Positions 59,771 through 64,000 of a stretch of 64,000 nt of DNA are shown here, in pieces; within the stretch, counting starts at the first letter, position 1, and each line of letters begins with the position of its first letter. Made by a program: the position numbers and the translations under genes. This DNA is from Marsupella aquatica (Eukaryota; Plantae; Marchantiophyta). The notes below the pieces were generated by a model. It searched no databases. It was not told the DNA's origin and saw only the letters and a list, made by a program, of their open reading frames with translations. The DNA lies in assembly GCA_973895155.1 (NCBI GenBank), contig OZ316891.1:31069112-31133111 (forward strand). The letters are read 5' to 3'.

Positions 59771-61900
59771 AAGCTGCTGCATCCCACATTGAGTTGGACA
59801 TTGAGGTAGGGACGTGAGCTACGCACTTTCAACCGTCAAGCAACCACCAAGCTCGGCAACGCTCTGGGATTTGTTGGCCACAGCAGACAAAGCGGAAGAC
59901 AAAGGTGAGTGTTCGTGCACCGTTAGAGTAACCGCAAGTACTCTATTACATGCCTCATTGTTCTCTATTACATGCCTTGTTCTCCCGCCCACTGTTTCCT
60001 GCGATTTTCTTTCTTCCATAAGAAAATGGTGATTTCTTCTTCTATCAAACAAAACCCCACCCAACCACCACACAAGAACGTGGGGTGCGCGCTTCTTAAT
60101 CCTCCTCAAACTGGCCCATTGTTCATTGAAACCCCACATATTACCCACCGGCACCAAGGGTCCAGTCCCAACCCGTCTTCCGCTCCCCACCATCTTCACT
60201 CTCTCGCGCATCTATCTCCTGAACGGCGTCGCTCTCCCTTAGACGCAGAATGCTCCGCTGTGATATTGCCTCCAACTTTTCTAGTGCAGTCTAGGCAATT
60301 AGACTGCTTTTGCGAAAACTGCCCTTCTTAAAAGTGAGCAATACTAATAAGCCCCGGGGGTGGAGCGTTTGTTACGATGGCCGTGGACCTACCGTGGGCT
60401 ATGGTAGAACACTCTATTGTCTATGATGATTCTGAATCTGCTTGAACTGCGAGTGGATGTGCTTTAAGGCAAACTTGTCGGAGAAATTAGAATGGGGGGA
60501 CGGAGCTGTCAGTGCTTAGGTTGTGGCATTTTTGAGATTGTCAAGAGTAATCTGTGATCTCATTTCTAAATGGTTTGAGCTCCTCTGATGTGCATAGGAA
60601 TCGGGCTGAGGAAAGCTTTTGGGAGCTATCATCGGAACTAGCTTTCGATCTATTTCTGCTACTTTTGAATTGGTACTTGGGAAGGCTTTGTATCGTTAAG
60701 CACTACAAGATTCACAGGCCAGACCTGCTTGCTAGTATGAGGGGCTTTGAAGGAATGTGTGGCCAGGGCTGATTAAGTATGGATTAATTTTGCATTGCCT
60801 GAGATACTGAAACTGCCACCCGCTTTGTTTCAATGCCTTTGATATTAATTGTTAATATCTCAAGAGGGTCGTCAACTAAGCTGAAAGGAGTCAAAGCTAA
60901 CTACAAGCTAGCAAATACAGAGAATGCTCCCAAGTCGAGTCAGGAGGAAGTTACTAAAACTAGACCTTCACAACTCTCGAAACTGGAAAGTGAAATTCAG
61001 CGTGAGACACGTAGCTGAAGGCCACAAGGATAACTATATGGCCACGCTGTCCCCCATTCAAGTCCAAAGTCCTCTTCAGATTGTCTGAACTCCTATTGAA
61101 TGTATTGAATAATTATTTCATCACAGAAATTTTCAGAACAAACACGGAAGCACCAGGGGGCTGAGGATTGGATATTGAGGCTGAAGACATTGAGGTCATA
61201 AACTAGGTGTGGTTCGGGTGACAATGTTAGCAACTGATGCTTCTTCAGGGGAACTTCCCATGTGCAGTTTATCCACACATGATTGACTTTGGTTCTTGCT
61301 ATTTTTCTTTTGGTGTACTCTTGAGTTTGGTGTCACTCTATCCTTTCCTGTAGCCTCGAAATAGGAACACACCTGCTTAGTGGTCCCCAATCGCCCAATG
61401 ATTTATAATGACTGTGTCTAGGTGATGTATGCATTGCGTGTTCATTCCAGAAGAATGAATATGTACACTTTGCACAAACCTGGACAGATTTTGAATGTTA
61501 TTTATCTGAGTTTTTGTTTGTGAGCTCTGACTTGGAGCCTTAACATTTGTGTTTCTGTGGGGCTGAGCAGAGTTTGTTCCGTCTAGAAGTTGCTGTACTG
61601 AAGTGATCAGCCTCCGGCTTGGAGGTGAATCTTCAATTTTTTGTGGATCCGAGTGACTTCTGTCCAGCTGAGTTTTGCTTTGTCGGGACGATTGTGTTTG
61701 GCTAAGATGCTAGATTGTGGCTTGTCTTCTTGCTTCCAGCTTGTGTATTTTCAATTAATAGAAGTTGGGAACGAAGTGATAATTGAATTTCCTTATATTA
61801 AGCATCTTCACCTAGAAACTCAATACATAAACTCCAGGATTCCCTCGGGACATAAAATGAGCCAAATTGTCTCAAAATTGGGAACCTGCACCCGCACTAC

Positions 61901-62194
61901 TCAAACAATTGTGTTGGGCTTGGTGGCCTTGTAAGTCTTCTTTAGCTTTCGCAATGGAGGTTGAATCTTGCAGTACGTCAAGGGGAACTTGATCTTTGAA
62001 TCATGGAACTGCTTGGTACTTTCTCGCTTGCACAAAGAGACAGGGACTGTTGTAGTCTTCATGATCTGGATGCAAGGGAACCGAACTCTATGACAAGAAG
62101 CCATCTCATCATACATCTGCTCTGCAGCTCCGTTTCTTGTGGTATCACAATATTCCTTGTACATGTTGTGATAACCTGTACGACTCTGATACGT
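61901..62194 (-). pseudogene. RPL18A: C-terminal fragment of 60S ribosomal protein L18a (eL20)
   Basis: [61 protein letters not shown] matches plant RPL18a; N-terminal half absent; conserved Arg residues changed to Cys. Confidence 0.9.
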
Positions 62195-63251
62195 GGACCC
62201 AGATACCGAAGTTCTTAATTGTGGTGGGCTTCTTTTCGAAGATCTGGTAGACACATTATTCAGCATTTGCTAACTTCGAAACTAGAAGGGTAACACATTA
62301 AACAACAGAGAAACTCACAACATCCTCCTTTGGTCCTTCAGAGTCTATACTTTGATTCTGAAGTTTGACTGAGTTTTTGTTTACTAAAAGAATGTGACTG
62401 TGTAAGAGTTCCGTTTGGCAGTGGATTGGTTGAAGCACTTCATGCTAGTGTGTTGTCCACAGCTCTTCAACCAGCTTTCATCTTCCTTGTCTTTCACCAC
62501 TTACGATGACATCAATTCAGCTAAGACCATAGAAGGTTCCAAAGCATCTAACTTGTAAAATCGCATTATGTTACATCAAGGACTAAGGTGTTGGGTGCCA
62601 AAGGAGACAACACAACAAACACGCTGAAAAGACTTCAGGACTGGGTTCAACAAGGTAGTGAAGGTGCTTAGAGCCATAGTAAGTATGCATTCTGTATCTT
62701 TCTCTGTTGATGTGAGCTTGTGCATAATGGGAGTTGTAGTTGGCAAGAGTTCCAAATATGAATAGATCCAGAAGTATGTGATCATGTACTTGCTCTATAA
62801 AGTTCTGAAGATATAAGCATTTTCTGTTAGACCAGGCAACTTGGGAGTTGGTAAGTGTCACCTGCATCTGAGGGGCTACACCGGGGCATCAGTGGAGGTT
62901 CACTTGCACAACACGACAACCAGTGAATTTTCTCTCTGCTGCAACCTGCAAGGTGAGACTTTCGGTCTTTCTGGATGAAAAAACAGGAGTTTAATATGAT
63001 TGATATACATGTCCATCGAGAATATGGGTTTATCACCAAGCTCTTTGTCTTAGGAAACTCATAAACTCAGAATCAAATATGTACTATGCACGTTTCATGC
63101 TATGTGTATACTATGACCTGTAGTTGGAACCAAGACAATGAGTGGGAACTGATTAGTTTAGGTGGTTGCTGTTGGCGAGGCAAGTCGACCTCCTGCTCAC
63201 CTTGCTCATCAAAGGACGTGAACAGAGGACATCACAACGAAAGCAACACTT

Positions 63252-63701
63252 ATGGTGAGGACCCGCAACGCTGAACATGTGCGACTTGCACGCAAGGCAG
63301 AGATGTTGCGCCTTGAGTATGTCAGACTTGGGATCCTTCCAGCCCAGTCTGCATGGTACTTTGAGTACCCTGTTGTTTCCAGGAACAACTACAGCCGGCC
63401 TCTACCTGCTTCAGTACCCTTCCCGACATCCTTGGTATTTGTGTCTCTTGTACATGACCCGCCACAAATTAGGTGCCAAGGGTGTGTACACAGTTGCCAA
63501 TATGACTGTCCTGCCTGTAGGGCTTCTGGCCCAGAATTGGATGACCGTTCTCTTGGATGCCGATTTTTGCACAGAGCACAATGTATCATCTGGAACCACT
63601 CGCCATCCTGCAGTGTGCCTGGTGATGTCACTTGTCTTGCCCTCCCAGACCCCACCACCGGTGACTTTGGTGTCTACACATGTTTGGATCACATGCTCTA
63701 G
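63252..63701 (+). CDS. Putative small Cys/His-rich zinc-finger protein
   Basis: 149-aa ORF with CQGC, CPAC, C.FLH...C and YTCLDH spacing; MVRTRN start. Confidence 0.35.
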   Translation: MVRTRNAEHVRLARKAEMLRLEYVRLGILPAQSAWYFEYPVVSRNNYSRPLPASVPFPTSLVFVSLVHDPPQIRCQGCVHSCQYDCPACRASGPELDDRSLGCRFLHRAQCIIWNHSPSCSVPGDVTCLALPDPTTGDFGVYTCLDHML

Positions 63702-64000
63702 AGGACCACTTGTCACACCGCATGCACAGACCAGATACCATTGACCTATAGCTTAACACTCTGACTTCAACACAGAGGATATTTACTTAAAATTTTGATG
63801 AATGAGCAATTTTGGGTCCAGGGTTTAGGGTCAACAGTACATAACTTATATCCTATTATGCCTGCACTAAGCAAAATATCCTAATTTAAGAGGCTAGCAA
63901 ACTCGCATAAAAGTCTCTATTGAAAGACTGCTTTCATGACTGCTTTAACCTGGTGAACATTGCAACGTGGAATGAATTAATGGGCCATGTGATAATATGC

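Noticed and set aside
59580-59830. Overlapping repetitive ORFs (RRCDEEEMRRRGDATK)
   Set aside because: Translations of a 16-bp minisatellite, open in several frames
60277-60289. Right TIR of CACTA 2 (TTTTCTAGTG)
   Set aside because: Flanking CAG matches none of the left-flank triplets and no subterminal repeats precede it

Overview
Eukaryotic, almost certainly land-plant (probably non-seed-plant) heterochromatin-type DNA made nearly entirely of nested transposons; no intact host gene is visible. (1) A CACTA/EnSpm element starts at 516. It has a TnpA-like gene on the minus strand and, on the plus strand, a Zn-motif exon followed by a SET-domain exon and then the Tnp2 transposase. (2) A 24-kb stack of gypsy-type elements (6535-30783) sits between the SET exon and the transposase: element A contains solo LTR C, which contains a TIR element with an 8-bp TSD and a fungal-like gypsy element D. 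(3) A second CACTA-type end at 35397 has satellite-like subterminal repeats interrupted by a very young, intact gypsy element E (37534-51077). (4) The distal region holds an EDM2-like PHD-finger pseudogene, an RPL18a fragment and a Cys/His-rich ORF. Most notable: the CACTA element could produce both a Zn-motif-SET protein and a Zn-motif-transposase from one shared exon by alternative splicing; two ~3.3-kb LTRs each contain a ~650-codon gene whose core domain recurs in a PPT-flanked 3' cassette of E; and E has a UGA-CAAUUA readthrough signal between protease and RT. All domain calls are by-eye motif recognition, not database searches.
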